Assembly (NCBI GenBank): GCA_964016885.1
Contig: CAXHJY010000306.1
Coordinates: forward strand, 2,564-66,563
Direction of reading: 5' to 3'
Length of the DNA stretch: 64,000 bases
Source of the DNA: Eledone cirrhosa
Taxonomy: Eukaryota
The notes beneath the pieces were generated by a model that had not been told where the DNA came from, did no database searches, and saw only the letters and a list, made by a program, of their open reading frames with translations. Below are positions 21,565-35,566 of the stretch, one piece after another (position 1 is the first letter of the stretch; the number at the start of each line of letters is the position of its first letter). The translations under genes and the position numbers were made by a program.

Positions 21565-24552
21565 ATAATTATTGCTGGCGACCTTAATGGTAATGTTGGA
21601 TTACATTGAGATAGCTATGACGGAATCCATGGAGGTTATGGTTTTGCTACTAGAAATGAGGAAGGCTTCAGGATCCTGGAATTCTGTGAAGCTTATAACC
21701 TAACTATCTGTAATACAAACTTAAAAAATACCCGAGACAATCACTTGATCACTTATAGTTCAGGGGTATCACACCAGCCAGAGAAATTTTATCCTTACTA
21801 GAAGACGAGACAGAGTGTCTGCTGTAAACACTAAGTCCCTCCCCTGTGAAGAATACACCTTCCAACATAGCCTAATAATTAGTGACCTTATAGTCAGGAC
21901 TAGACTTACTCGATGACAGAGGACTTCTTTGAGGAGAAGAATATGAAAGTTGAAGGACCTCATAGCCAGTAACAAATTTAAAAGCATATTACTTGATGCT
22001 TTTGACAGTAAGGAAGAGCAATTAGAGATGTACAATATACAGGAACAGTGGGAATTCCTGAAAGTTAACTTGCTGAAGGCGACAAAAGAAATCTGTGGCT
22101 GGAGCAGACCTTTGGGCAGGAGGAGAGTAACTTGGTGGTTGAACAGTAAGGTGGAGGAGACAATCAAGGCCAAAAAGCAGGCTTGGGAAGAATAGCGGGA
22201 TGGGGGAAGTAGAGAACAGCATCACGTGACTAGGAGAGAAGCTAGGCGACAAGTGTACTTTGCAAGAAGGGAAGCAGAGGATAGAAAGTTCAAGCATGTT
22301 CTACACTGCGAGGACCAAAAACGGGAGGTATTCAGGATTGCAAGACAATGTGTCAAGGAAAATTGTGATATTGTCGGGGAGAAGTGTGTCCATAATGATG
22401 GTGGTGTATTTGCCCTCACTGATACTGATAAGAAGGTAGCTTGGAAGTGTCACTACAACAGAATACTAAATGAGGAGAATGAATGGGATAAAGATAGTCT
22501 GTCCCAAATTGATCCAACAGAGGGACCAGCTGTGCAAATTAATGGTAGTGTAGTAAGTCAGGCAATCAAAGATATGAAGACAGGCAAGGCAGCTGGGCCT
22601 TCGGAGATAGTTGCTGAGATGTTGAAAGCATCTGGAATGGTAGGACATACTATGGTCACCCAGATAGTAAACCAAGTAATACAGAATGGGGTCATACCAA
22701 ATGACTGGCATAGCAGCATCATCATTAACTGCTGCAAGGGTAAAGGAGAAAACTATAGAGGCATTAAGTTAGTTGACCAGGTCATGAAGCTCACAAAAAG
22801 AGTCTTTGCACAACTGATTAGAGACCGAATTGATCTAGATGAAATGCAGTTTGGGTTTGTGCTAGGTAAAAGTACCACGGATGCTCTCTTGTATGGCAAC
22901 TACAGGAGAACTACCTAGCTAAAAGTAAACCCCTCTACTTAGCTTTTGTTGACTTGGAGAAAGCTTTTGACAGAGTCCCCCGTTCCATTATCTGGTGGGC
23001 TCTTAGAAAACTAGGAGTAGATGAGTGGCTTGTGAGAGCTATACAAGCCATGTATAGAGGACTAATCAGCAAGGTTATTATTAACAATGAATATAGTGAA
23101 AAATTTAGTGTAAAAGTAGGTGTTCATCAAGGCTCCGTCCTTAGCCCCTTCCTGTTTATTATTGCCCTACAGGCTATAGCAGAAGAGTTTAAGACTGGCT
23201 GCCCATGGGAACTTCTATACGCAGATGATCTAACTCTTGTAGCTGAATCTATGGCTGAACTACAGAAGAAGTTCCAAACATAGAAGCATGGCCTAGAATC
23301 AAAAGGCCTTACAGTTAACTTGTCTAAGTTTAAAGTTCTAGTATGTAGAAAAATAAATAGGGCACAGGTACCTTCTGGGAAATGGCCATGCTTAGTGTGT
23401 AAGAAAGGAGTAGATAGAAATTCATTCTATGCCCCAAATACAAACTATGGGTTCATAAAAGATGTAGTGGGATCACAGGCAAGCTATCTAAGAATGTAGA
23501 TTTTATATGTGGCTGATGCTCAGGTGCAGTAAGTAGCAAGTGCCCACTTCAACTGCCCAGGTGGCTCTATAGAAATAGTAGACATTTTCCGTTACCTGGG
23601 TGACAAAATCAGCAGTGGAGGAGGGTGTTCTAAACGTACAGTATCCAGAGTTAGAATGGGATGGAAAAAGTTCAGAGAGCTAATACCACTATTGGCCACA
23701 AAAGGTTTCTCTCTAAAAACGAAAAGCAGATTGTATGATGCTTGTATACAAACAGGAATGTTACATGGCAGTGAGATCTGGGCATTGTGTGTAGAGGATC
23801 TGCGCAAATTGGAAAGGAACTAAGCATGCAAACTCCGAGGGATGTGTAATAGTACGGCAAAATGTAAACAAACTGAGAAATTAGGAATAAGAGGGATCAG
23901 ATGCAGTTTGATTGAGAGGAGATTACATTGGCATGGTCATGTGATGCGTATGAAGGACAACAGCTGTATAAAAAAGTGCAAGGCGATCAAAATTGATGGA
24001 AGCTACGGAGTAGTTAGACCCAGCAAAATCTGAGACGAGGTGATAAAATCTGACCTTGCACACTTGCACCTCTCTAAGACAATGTCACTGGATCAAGATC
24101 TTTGGCGCTATGCAGTAATACAGAAGACCCACCTTCCCTTACGTACAAACTTAAACCTACAGTCAGTAGGCACCTTTTAACCCAATATACACCCAATCCA
24201 CATCCCACACCCCTACTCCATCCTTCCATTTCCGCCCACACCACCCTTTCTCTGTAAAGTTATGTTAGTACCACAGAACATCCAGCCCACTAAAGTGCTC
24301 GGGTAGGTGTCACAACAAAAATCACCCAATCCACACTGTAAAGTGGTCGTGTAGGAGTCGTGGTAAAAAGCACCCAGCACACACACTGCAAATATGGTTG
24401 GTGCTAGGAAGGGCATCCAGCCGTAGAAAACCAGTCAGAAACAGTTCTATACAAGCGAGACACGGTCACCTGACCCAACTTGCCTCAAGTGGGACAAACC
24501 CGTCTAACCCATGCTGGCGTGGAAGATAGACTTTAAACGATGATAATGATGG
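21565..24552 (+). mobile_element. Degenerate RTE-clade LINE (partial endonuclease, RT, Cys-rich C-terminus, 3'UTR, (GAT)n tail)
   Basis: IIAGDLNG, DLEKAFDRVP, GVHQGSVLSP, LLYADDL, WPCLVCKKG; many stops and frameshifts; homologous to 62752-64000 and 60167-60850. Confidence 0.9.
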
Positions 24553-25301
24553 GTGATGCCTGTGGAAAGGAGCTGTAGTAGAGGAAGGCTGAGAAAAAAA
24601 ACTGGGCAGAGGTGATTAGAGCTGATCACAAAATGGTGAACCTCTCAGTGGAGATGAGAGAACTCTATGAGTGAAGGGATATTGGGCTGGAAAGGACTTG
24701 TCCAACCCATGCAAGCATGGTAAAGCAGTTGTATGAAGGATAATGGTGCTGTTTCTAATGATGAGATGTTTAAATTTTCTCAATTCTGTGATGATTTATT
24801 AAATAACTAGTGTTGATAAAGCAGTCCTCTTCATCTAAGTTGACATTGTTTATCAATAAAACAAATTATTGATGTTTATTCATATTTCAATAGAGTTTAA
24901 ATGAGTTTAGTTATTATTGTTATTCTTTTCTTTGCTTTAATTTAAATGACCCTTTTTTTAAAAATTATATATATACTTGTGCATAAGTTGTACCTCTATT
25001 GAGGTTTTATAGGTTCAGTCGACAAGTCAAATGTTGGTTTTTCACATTGTATTTCCATGGAAAATTATGTGCATTATATATGAGTATATATATATAGTAA
25101 CAATCTAAAATGAAAACTGATTTCTTTATGCAATTTTATTTATGATTTCTAGCACATTAGTTGAATTTATGGTTTTCCTGATTACTTTTAAATACAATAT
25201 TGTATTCTTAGATTAGACTTTGGTGGTGTATAAATCAATCTGCTTGACCTTGGTATCACTATGGTAGAGGTGAGAGGATTTCATTCAGAATTAGAAATAA
25301 T

Positions 25302-25518
25302 GGTTTCTGATTTAGGCACAGGGCCAATAATGTTAGGGAGGGGAAAGGCGATTAAATCGGCGCCAGTGCATTACTCGTACTTTATTTTATCAACCCCCAT
25401 AAGGATGAAAGGTAAAGCTAATCTCAGCGGGATTTGAACTCAGAACACAAAGGGACATAACTATATGCCACAAAGCATGTTGTCCAATGCTCTACCAATA
25501 TTGCCACTTCCCCTCCCT
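25302..25518 (-). mobile_element. tRNA-derived SINE with a Nin/Deu-like domain and an 18-bp TSD
   Basis: TTCAGAATTAGAAATAAT at 25284-25301 and 25519-25536; GGATGAAAGG...GATTTGAACTCAGAAC family core. Confidence 0.8.
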
Positions 25519-26449
25519 TTCAGAATTAGAAATAATATTAATAACTATCCAGTTATTATACCACTTAGTGAGTGAGAGAAAGGATCAGGAAGGGCATCCA
25601 TCTGTAGAATTCTGCTTCAAGAAATCCTGCCTGCTGAAAGATTTGCACAAAATTTGGAGTACAACTTTGACTTGACTTGGATTCTTGCTTACTGTCAACC
25701 TTAAGTATGCATAGAGCTTTACATACTTTACTAAAAATATTAGTGTGTGTATGTATATATATATATATGTGTGTTTGTGTGTGTATTTTAAATTTTTCCA
25801 TCCTGACACAAATGACCTTAATGTGGGTACTTTACTCAATTTTGTCAACTATTATTTATAGTAATCAATTATTATTATGGTCATCAGCATTTGGATGCAC
25901 ACAATTCAAATTTTCCCAATGCTTTCTAAGTCAACTATTTTATTTACATATATATATCATAAAGAATTTATTTCTTGCGTCACTGAGTGTATAGGGACTG
26001 CCTGAGACAATTTGACTTGTGTTGCCACAGTACAATTACAACTTTAATCTATTACTTTAAATGTTATATATCTACTATATAAATGGCAATTTCTGTCTGT
26101 CTGTATATAACCAGTTGGCACCTACACCAGTGATCCGATCCTGATGAAACTTTACATGCATGTTAAGCTAATATTCAGAAACAGGACTGGCTAATTGGAT
26201 TTCAATAAAAATCAATAATGGAATTCCTGGGGACATCGTTACAATGGAGGAGGAAAGAGAAGACGTTTCAGTGAGAGAGGGGGAAGAGAGATAATACTAC
26301 TGTATGTTAAACCCTCCCTCCCACTACTCCCCTTTCTTCTTCCACAACTCAGTCTTCCAAAACGAGACAACAACTTATTAGAAATATACATAAAGAAATT
26401 TCAATCAAAGCAGACGACAATCTAATTTTGGTGGATGACTGAAAAGATG

Positions 26450-26486
<37 letters not shown>

Positions 26487-27175
26487 CATCTACTGATATG
26501 GATTCTGAACACGTACACACGCGTAGGTCACATTAAGGTCAACTGCAGGAATCGGTGATAAGTTACAAAAAAGTGTGATGATCAATGACCTGGAAGTTGG
26601 CTTACCATGAGATTAGTCCGAAGAATAAAATCCAAATCGTATGTTGACGAATAGTTGTACTCCCGGCATGTTAATTGTAACATGCCGTCTTTGAGAGTAG
26701 GGTTTATTTTGTCAATATTTCAAGGTGTCGGATTGTGGGAAGATTAACACAAATTAAGAAGATGTAACTTCTCCCCCATTATTTACATTTTGCAACAGTG
26801 AACGTTACAAGGCCCTCATTAGGGCCAACACTTCTGATTGTTATCCGACTTATGGTGTTTTTACTCGGGTTATGTCTACTATAGCAGGAAAATGGGATGG
26901 TTTTATTGAATTGCTTCAGTCATTTGAAGTGCTTTACAAATGGTGATATACAGGGTACCTTGAACAGTACCTGAATATGTTCACTCAGTTATAATTTTTT
27001 CAATAATTGCGATGACTTCCTCAAATGTTCTGTGTTTGTTCTTGAATGCTAAGGCAATAGTTTGCTAATCTTATACATGTTTGTTGAATAAGTTTGATAC
27101 TCTTCGAGCTCAAACTTCTCCGGCTTATTTACTCTGAATGAAGAAAGCTGTATGGAAGAAGGACTTATGACTTAA

Positions 27176-28266
27176 CCCTTTAGTGTTAAAACCGCCCGAA
27201 ACCATCCAAAATTATTTCCCCTTCATTTGTTCAAACCGCCCGAAACCGGCCGATAACACCCGCACTAAAATATCGTTCTAAAAATAAACAAACCATCATC
27301 AAAATCTCGTCAATTCGATAATTACTGCGAGATTAGGCCCTGACCACGAAAATTAACACTTAATATAGTGAAACAACTTAAAACAACGTGTTTTTTTAAC
27401 ATTGAAAGTAGAACAGATTTTTTGTTTATCAACATGGCTTGCAAAAGTAGCGATACTGACTTTGAAGGTTTTACACACGATGACATTCAGAATGAACAAG
27501 AAACAAAAGATAATATGAGTGATTTATCTTCAAATGAATCAGATGTTTACATTTCTGAAATTTCATCCGACGATGATTGTTGTTTTGAAAGTGAAAATGG
27601 AGATCTCCAGGACGCCATTGAAAATATTACAGCAACGTTGTTGAAAAATACCACACCAATATATGTTCCCGATTTTATTCAAAATACTGGTCCACAACAC
27701 ACATTAGCTCCCAATGCTAAAGCACTGGATTATTTCTTTTTCTTTTTACCACAAACTTTCTTCAAAGTTGTGGCAGAAGAGACTAATCGATATGCTCAAC
27801 AACAGATTTCAAATCGAGGAAAACCCGACCTGTTTGGCGATCGACAGATGGTGCGGAAATGCAAGCATTTTTTACCAGAAATATTATGTTCAGTATAAAA
27901 AAATTTCCATGGCTGGAATTACTGGAGCACTGATATAAGGTTTAGTGATCCTTATATATAAAGTATTATGCCGAAAACAACGTATTTAAAATTAAACCAG
28001 TATTTGCACCTGGCTGATACTTCAAATGCCCCTATTAATTAATTTCACCTGCCCATAAAAGTCAAATTTAACCAAAAAATCAGGTAAAATTATATAATTG
28101 TAAATTATTGATATTTAAACATCTACTGACAAAATTTCAAGCCTGCACATAGAAAATTAAGAAAATTACAAACAAATAAAATTGATAACCCTCTTGAGTA
28201 TGATTAACTTAAAATAATGCGAACAGATAAGCATGACATTTGAAAATTAATGCAAATGCTAAAGGG
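27176..28266 (+). mobile_element. Internally deleted piggyBac transposon nested in the Helitron-like element
   Basis: TTAA TSD at 27172-27175 and 28267-28270; TIR CCCTTTAG.../...CTAAAGGG. Confidence 0.85.
27434..28020 (+). pseudogene. piggyBac transposase N-terminal remnant (PGBD4-like)
   Basis: Acidic N-terminus DFEGF, then ALDYFFFFLPQTFFKVVAEETNRYAQQ; frameshifted continuation YWSTD..IMPKTTYLKLNQYLHLAD. Confidence 0.8.
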
Positions 28267-28437
28267 TTAAACAGCTATTGATAGTTCCACACAAAAAATA
28301 GATTGCCATAAACACACCTAGCAAAGGTGGCTATTGAAAATCCAGTATGGACACCCAGGGTCGCTAGCATTTTCAGGCGCACTCTGGGAACTGCAAATAA
28401 CCCCACCTTTCCTGGGTATTACCGGGTACTGCAGCTA

Positions 28438-28475
<38 letters not shown>

Positions 28476-28684
28476 ATTTAAAGCATGAAAAAGTAGATAT
28501 AAAAATGATGATGATATGTATATTCTAGAAATAGTTCATGGAATTATTACCTCTGTTGGCAATGTAGGGAATGTTTCCATGTGAAAGATTGTATGATGTC
28601 TGTATGTAATGCAATGTTAGTCTAGTACTGAGACATGGGCATTAAACATAGAGAGTATGTGAAGGCTAGAAAGAAATGAATTGA

Positions 28685-28977
28685 GTCACTACTTCTCTGA
28701 ATTGAAAGATCACAGCTCTGATATTATGGGCATGTGATTAGAATGTCTCAGGAAAGAATTGCTGAACAGATTTTATGGGCAAAACCAATTGGCAGGAGAC
28801 CCACGGGTAGAGCCTGAGCAAGAAAGATGGTTGGACAATATCCATGAACTTGGCTGATCTTGCTTAGGGGTCCAGCCAGATCAACTGGAGATAGTTGCTT
28901 CTGACAGGACCTGTTGGAAGGTGTATTTGAGGACTTTGCCCCAACAACCCTCTCAGGAATAAGTGGGAGAAGAAGAA
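28685..28977 (+). mobile_element. 3' fragment of a second RTE-like family with a (GAA)n tail
   Basis: Homologous to the units at 31780-32410; GRRPxGRP..RW-type C-terminus. Confidence 0.65.
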
Positions 28978-30079
28978 TGTAAAATGTTGTGTTAATGTGC
29001 ATGAACAACAAAATAGAGGTGTGCTGAGAGGAAAACTGGACATAAGAGTAATCAGATGTAGTGTACAAGAAAGATGATTGCACTGGTATGGACACTTAGT
29101 ATGTATCGATGATAATCATTGGGTGATGAAGTTCCATGTGGAAGTTGAGGAAGACTAAAAAGAAGACTTGGACAGAAGTGGGGAAAGCAGATCTTAGAGT
29201 GCTGAACCATACAAAGGTGATGAGAAAGAAAAGGGACAAAGAAAAATGGAAGGATGAAATATTGTAGAAGACTTGTTTAGCTCTTTATATCCTGTAATTA
29301 TATTGCAGAAAATATCTAAATTTAACAGATTTTTTATTTGAAATGTTTTGCAGTATCTTTACTACAGACCATTGTAAAATTTTTCAGTATTAGGGTGCAG
29401 TCATAGTGCCCATTTTGTGCTTTTCAAGAATGTCTTTCCAATGTTGAATGTTAAGAGTTAACCCATGAAAGCATGGAAAAGTGGGCATAAAAATGAAGAT
29501 GTTGAATGTACACACATACAGCAAATGTAAAATATGTTTAAGCCATTGTACATTCTAGAACATAAGCTGAATAAGTGAATTTAGTTAAAAGGTTTAGAAT
29601 ATTATTTATTAATATTAAAATACAATTTTATTTATTACAGTCTGACTTCTTCCTCTAGGCGGAATCATAGTTTTAATGTCTTTTTATAAATGTTTGGTTG
29701 TTTTGTTTTTATGTTAATTCTTTATTGCAATATGTAAATAATAAGAGAGATTACATTTGGGAATATTTCTCCTCATTGTTTGTTTTGTTGAAGAAAAAAG
29801 TAACAAATTGATTTTAACTGCAGTCAGTTTTGGAGCATGGTCAATTTCTTTTATATCATTCTACTACATATGCAGAGCATTAGAAGTAATTTAAATATAT
29901 TTCTGATTTATCCACTCAATGGTTCAATACTGGTCTGATTCTTTTATCAGCAAATATAGCTATTCTTCAGGGGTCAATCAATTTGAATTGGATAAGGAAA
30001 AAAAAAGGGGGGGTGGGTGGCAATTGGTTGTAGAGAGAAACCAAGAAATGTAGTTGGTAATATTCATCATCATCATACT

Positions 30080-30220
30080 TTGGTACTTTATTTTATTGAC
30101 CCTGAAAAGATGAAAAGCAAAGTTGACATCTGGATTTGAACTCAAGAGTTCATTGAGCCAGAACAAATATTGAAACATTTCATCTGATGCTCAAATGATT
30201 CTGCTAATTTCACTGCCTTA
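30080..30220 (-). mobile_element. SINE copy (Nin/Deu-like family)
   Basis: GGTACTTTATTTTATTGACCC..GATGAAAAGCAAAGTTGAC..GATTTGAACTC. Confidence 0.7.
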
Positions 30221-31499
30221 TCATCATCATCATCATTTTTACATCCAGTTTTACATGCTTGCAAGGATTGGATGGGATGTTTTGTGACTGTTTTACAGCC
30301 CGATGCCCTTCCTGGCATCAACCGTTTTAGCTGCCGCTTACAATACAGGAATATGGTGTACCTATTCTAAAAGCTGGGCTACACATAGCATATATATTGT
30401 ATATATGCTGAAAACCACAAACCAGATCTGTGTCTGAAGCAAGGTCTCAGCTAGATGAAGAGTGACATGGTGGATGAAAGATCAAGTATAGAGAGCCATA
30501 AAAAGAAAGAGACAAGATTGGGGAAAAAAAAGAGGAGCAGAATGTGATATTTATAGTTATCTGCCTTATGGCGGCTTTCTCCCCCCCCCCCCCCAAAGCA
30601 AAGCGAACATTTTTCTAAAATGCACACACACATAATATAGAATGTACACACACACATTTACTCATATATAAGAAGGGCTTTACAGTTTCTGTCATCATTC
30701 ACAAGTCATTGGTTGACTAAGGCTATAGTAGAAGACACTTGTTCATAGTGACATGCAGTGGAATAGAACTCAATACCATGTTGTGAAGCAGTTTACTTCA
30801 CTACATAGCCAGGCCCTGTTAGAAAATTAGTTCTATCTTAGAAACGGAAAATGGGATGTCATGAAAACAGATGAAATATAGAGTTGTGGTGAATGGAATG
30901 TTATGGAAATAGGGAACACCATTTAGAGTTATGGTTATGGAAACAGAGAATCTGCAATTGCTAGTTGCATTTTAATATCACTCAAGCAGACATGTCTCTT
31001 TTATAAATGACCTGAGTGTTTAAGGATATTTGAATATCTTTCTCATGTTATGACAGTAAAATAATCTGTGTTATATATCTATGTAAGAAGAATATTATAT
31101 ATCAGAAAATGAAGCCTTACACTCTATTTTTATTGATACTATTATTTAGCAACATGTCATATCTGATCCAGCTGACTTATGATCACCAGTCTTCTAGAGG
31201 TCACCAGCTTCTCTTTTGGTGTTATTTTTGGGCTATGGGGCGGGAGGAATGAGACATTCAATGTGTCCTTCCATTTTAAGATGGTATTTTGAAATTTAAA
31301 GAACATTTGGCTGCTATCTTTAGCTGATGAAGTGACCACATAGAGCAGGTATCAGCACAAATTTTTTTTTTGGGGGGGGCGGGGGCAGGTTGAATTGGAA
31401 ATGTTTTTCGGTTGCAGGTAAAAGCAAATAAAAACTGAAACCTTGATCATAAATGACCATGGAAACAGCTTGTTTTTAATTAGCATAAATGCTTGAAGC

Positions 31500-32410
31500 A
31501 CTTTTACTGGCAAAGTACTCCAAAATTAATGAATCTTCAATTTGGTCTTCATGCCTTCTCTTATCTATGGCCACGAATCTTGGGTAATGACCAAAAGATT
31601 ATGATCAAGAAATACAAACAGCAGAAATGGGGTTCATCTGATAGGTGTTTGGAGTAACATTACTTGAGAGGGTACATAGCTTGGTGATCAGGGAATCACT
31701 CCAGGTAGAGTCGCTGCTTCTCTGAATCAAGAAATCACAGCTCTGGTACTACAGTCATATGGTTAGAATATCTAAGGAAAGAATCATTGGGTAGATTTTA
31801 CTGGCAAAGCCAACTGGCAAGAAACCCAGAGGTAGACCATGAGCAAGATGGTTAGATAACATCCATGAGCTTGGCTGGTCTCACTTGGGGATCCAGCCAG
31901 ATCATTTAGAGACAGTTGCTTCTGACGGGACTTGCTGGAAAGAGTGTTTGAGGATTCTGCCCCCACGACCCTCTCAGGAATAAGTGAGTGAAGAAGAAGA
32001 AGAATCATTGGATAGATTATACTGGCAAATTCAACCAGCAGGAGACCCAGAGGTAGACCATGAGCAAGATGGTTGAATATCATTTATGAGTTTGGGGATC
32101 CAGCCAGATCAGTTGGAGACAGTTGCTTCTGACAAAACCCGCTAGAAGGAGTGTTTGAGGACTCTGAGCCCATGTCCCTCACAGGAATAAGTAGGCGAAG
32201 AAGAAGAATCATTGGATAGATTTTACAGGCAAAGCCAACTGGCAGGAGACCCAGAGTAAGATGGTTGGATAACATCCATAAAATTGGTTGTTCTCGCTTG
32301 GGGATCCATTTGGATCATTTAGAGATAATTGTTTCTGATAGGACCCTCTGGAAGATATATTTGAGGAATCTACCCTAACAACCCTCTCAGGAATAAGTCG
32401 ATGAAGAAGA
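31500..32410 (+). mobile_element. RTE-like 3' fragment with its last ~205 bp triplicated in tandem
   Basis: Three diverged units starting AGAATCATTGG (~31780, ~32001, ~32205), each ending CTCAGGAATAAGT..GAAGAAGA or a close variant. Confidence 0.75.
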
Positions 32411-32609
32411 TATAGAGTCAGTTATAAAGAAAAGACAAATATTTTCATGAGCAACATTAAAATTCTACCAACAATTGCTGTATTCAGCTACTGGTTTTAT
32501 TTTATGTTTCTGTCAGTTATGTTGTAGCAGTATTAAAAATGAGATACATATTCCGACCTTTTGAAAGCATGAATTTTTATGTCAGAAGTGAACGGAATAG
32601 TTTCACTGT

Positions 32610-33250
32610 GTGTTTGTATGTGCTGTGATTCCTGAAGGGCTAACTTCAATGTTCCAGCCCCTAGTTGTCTCTCTCATTAAGCTATTCAAGGACTACCTCC
32701 ATGAGCAGTGGAGGCTGTGGCTTGCTAGTGGCCAAGCTGCAGTAAGTTGTGCACAAGCCTGTCCAAAGCCTGAATACTCATCAGGCTGGTGCTTATTTCA
32801 GTTTCTTTCGCATAAACGACAAAATGTACAATATTCCCCTACCCTGGACAGGACACTAGTGTATCACAGAGTTAACTTAGCTACTGCTGGTATTTTCAGT
32901 TGAGTGTATTGGAGCAACATGAAATGAAGTGTTTTGCTCAAGAACACAATTTTCCACACTGTCCACGAAGGAAAAGTAATTTATGCAAGCAACTTGAAAA
33001 AGCCCAGTCTGAGGAATGGTTAGTGGCTGTTTGGAACAAAATTGACAGTGATATGGTAAAATACTATTTTAAGTGTAAGATTAAAACAGTGCCACAGATA
33101 GAACAGAGGATGAGTCTTGTGGAATGAGTCTGATAAACAAAATGCCAAAGGACAAAGAAAAGGATGGACTTTATGATGACCTTATTTCAATTGAACAGGC
33201 TTGGCAATTATTTGAAGAGTCTGATGAAAAAGACTTCTATGGTTTTCACC
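32610..33250 (+). pseudogene. pogo/Tigger DDE transposase remnant interrupted by a SINE (~32765-32960)
   Basis: VIPEGLTSMFQPLVVSLIKLFKDYL..W..W; WLVAVWNKIDSDMVKYYFKC; C-terminal DEKDFYGF. Confidence 0.7.
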
Positions 33251-33269
33251 TACTTGAAAGAACTCTTTT

Positions 33270-35285
33270 TTTAAACCTCCTGTAATGATTCAGAAAATAT
33301 CTAAAAATGTGTTTGTTAATTCAGATGTTTGTAGTATCTTTACAAGTGGTTGGATATTTTGAAAATTTGCAGTAAACTAAAATAATTGTTTCTATTTTTG
33401 GCACAAGGCCAGCAATTATACCAGTGTATTACTGGTACTTTATTTTATTGACCCCGTAAGGATGAAAAGCAAAGTTAACCTTAGCGGGATGTAAACTCAG
33501 ACCATAAAGAGCTGTAACTCTTTGCTGCAAAGCATGACATCCAACCCTCTACCGATACTGCCAATCCACCAAATAATGTGATGCAGTCATAGTGCTGTTT
33601 TATATTTTTCAAGAATGTCTTCTTAATGCAGTACAGGTGTTAAGAGATAAATAAGATTTGACCATGAATCATAGTTTGTGATTTGGGGCTCAATTTCTAT
33701 TCAAGCCATCTGATCATTTGGATTTTTGTTTCAAATTTACACTCAAGTATTTACAGAATTTAAATATTTGTTTATTTTTAATAAAATAATTTTTTTTTTG
33801 TTTAATTTATTTAAGAAAGGGAAAACATTTACTGTTTAACTTTTAACATCCTGTAATGATTTAGTAGAAAATATCTAAAAACATGTTTGTTGATTCAAAT
33901 GATTTTAGTATTTCCAACAGTGGACTGATTGGTGTGAACATTTGCATTAAACTAAAGTCTTTAATTTATAATGAGATGCAATTATAGTACTGCTTTGTAC
34001 TTTTCAAAAATATCTTGGTAATGCAGTTTCATGTGGTACATGATTTTAAGAGTTAAAATACCACACCTGCACTTACTTTCGTTTTTTACCAAGTAAAGGA
34101 TCTCACTTTTTTTTTGTAGTATTGATTTTAAAATATTGATTCTCTTGAGGCAACTTGTAAGATTGAGAGCTTATTTCGATACTGAATTTTATTGTTCACT
34201 AACGATAGAAAACAAAGAAGTTTTATTTAATGCAATGTCATATATTCAATGAAGTTTGTGGGTTGGATAAAATGAAGTTGTTGGTCAGATTTGACCTGCA
34301 GGCTGTAGTTTGTTTAGCCCCTCATTGGCTTACAATGTATTGCATTTGTTGTTTATACAAAAGAGAAGAATTGTGGCTAACATTTAATTGAAACAATAAA
34401 GCTACTCTAATATAAAAATATTTAACAGAAGGAACATATTCTAGAATGTAGTTGTAATGTGTTTTCTTAGAGCGATGGAGAATTTTCTCAGAAACATTTG
34501 TTTCTTCAATTAACTCTTAATAATGCTTTAGCAGAAAATATCTAAAAGTAAGATTGTAAATTCAAGTGTTTATAGTAGACAGATTATCAGATTTTCTTGA
34601 AAATTTGCAGTAATCTAGGGTTTGTAGTAAAAAAAAAAAAATTGTTTATGCTAAGCTAATATCTGATAAAAAACAATTTTGTTACAAACTAGCGATTTGC
34701 ACGAATATGGCTGAACTTTCCCAATTATGGACAACCAAATAATTGCTAGAGAAAGCTGAAATTCAGTGGTATGTTGCATCTACTTAAATATTAACATCTT
34801 GTAATGACTTAGCAGAAAACATCTAAAATCAGGTTTGTTAATTCAAATGTTTATAGTATCTTTACTAGTGAACAGATCATTGTGAAAATTGACAGCAAAC
34901 TAGATTGATTATAGACTTTAAGAGAGTGTTGTAGTTTGCTTGAAGCATGGTGTAAAGTTTAGAAAATAGTGTTTTATTAGAAGGTTACCACAATGTGAAT
35001 TGGACATTAAGTGTTAAAAATATGATGTCAAAAGATGTTGGTATGTTACCTTGCAGTTGTTTATTGGTCATTATATTTTGGGATAAAATCCTTTCATCAA
35101 AAGAATAATTAAGGAGCTCTATGTTTTGTCACTCTTTAGCTGCCATTTTTGAAATTTGAAAGTGATATATTTTTTTTCCAACACTTTAATTTTTAATGTG
35201 ATGTTGTTACAATGTTGTTTTGTACTTTTCAAGGATGTCTTATTAACGCAGTTTGATGCTTTTCAGGTTGTTAAGAGATAACAAT
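33270..35285 (+). repeat. Locally dispersed, diverged ~200-bp AT-rich repeat (another copy at 29285-29460)
   Basis: Recurring TGTAATGA..GCAGAAAATATCTAAAA..TTCAAATGTTT..AGTATCTTTAC and TTTTCAAGAATGTCTT..TTAAGAG at ~33270, 33840, 34515, 34790, 35190. Confidence 0.65.
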
Positions 35286-35566
35286 TATTTCTGTAAAATT
35301 TGTAGAGCATTACATGTGAGTATTAGTCCTGAGAAATGGATTGGTAGAATTGCTAGAGCATGGAACAAGATACCATCCTGTATTTGTTTCAGCTCTTGCA
35401 TTCTGGGTTTAAATTCCACTGTGGCCTCTTTGGATGGTAGACTTAACCCTTTCAATACCGTACTTCTTATGAAACACACTGCCTATGAGCTTCAAGTAAT
35501 TTTGAAAATAATAAATAATTTGGCTGAATTTAATAAAATAACCTTTTCATTATTAAGCTGATGTTT

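Larger units (their letters stand above)
26071..28438 (+). mobile_element. Non-autonomous Helitron-like element
   Basis: 5' A|TCTACTATATAAA...(TCTG)n; 3' hairpin CCTGG-gtatta-CCGGG (28411-28426) followed by CTAG|T; no TSD. Confidence 0.7.
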
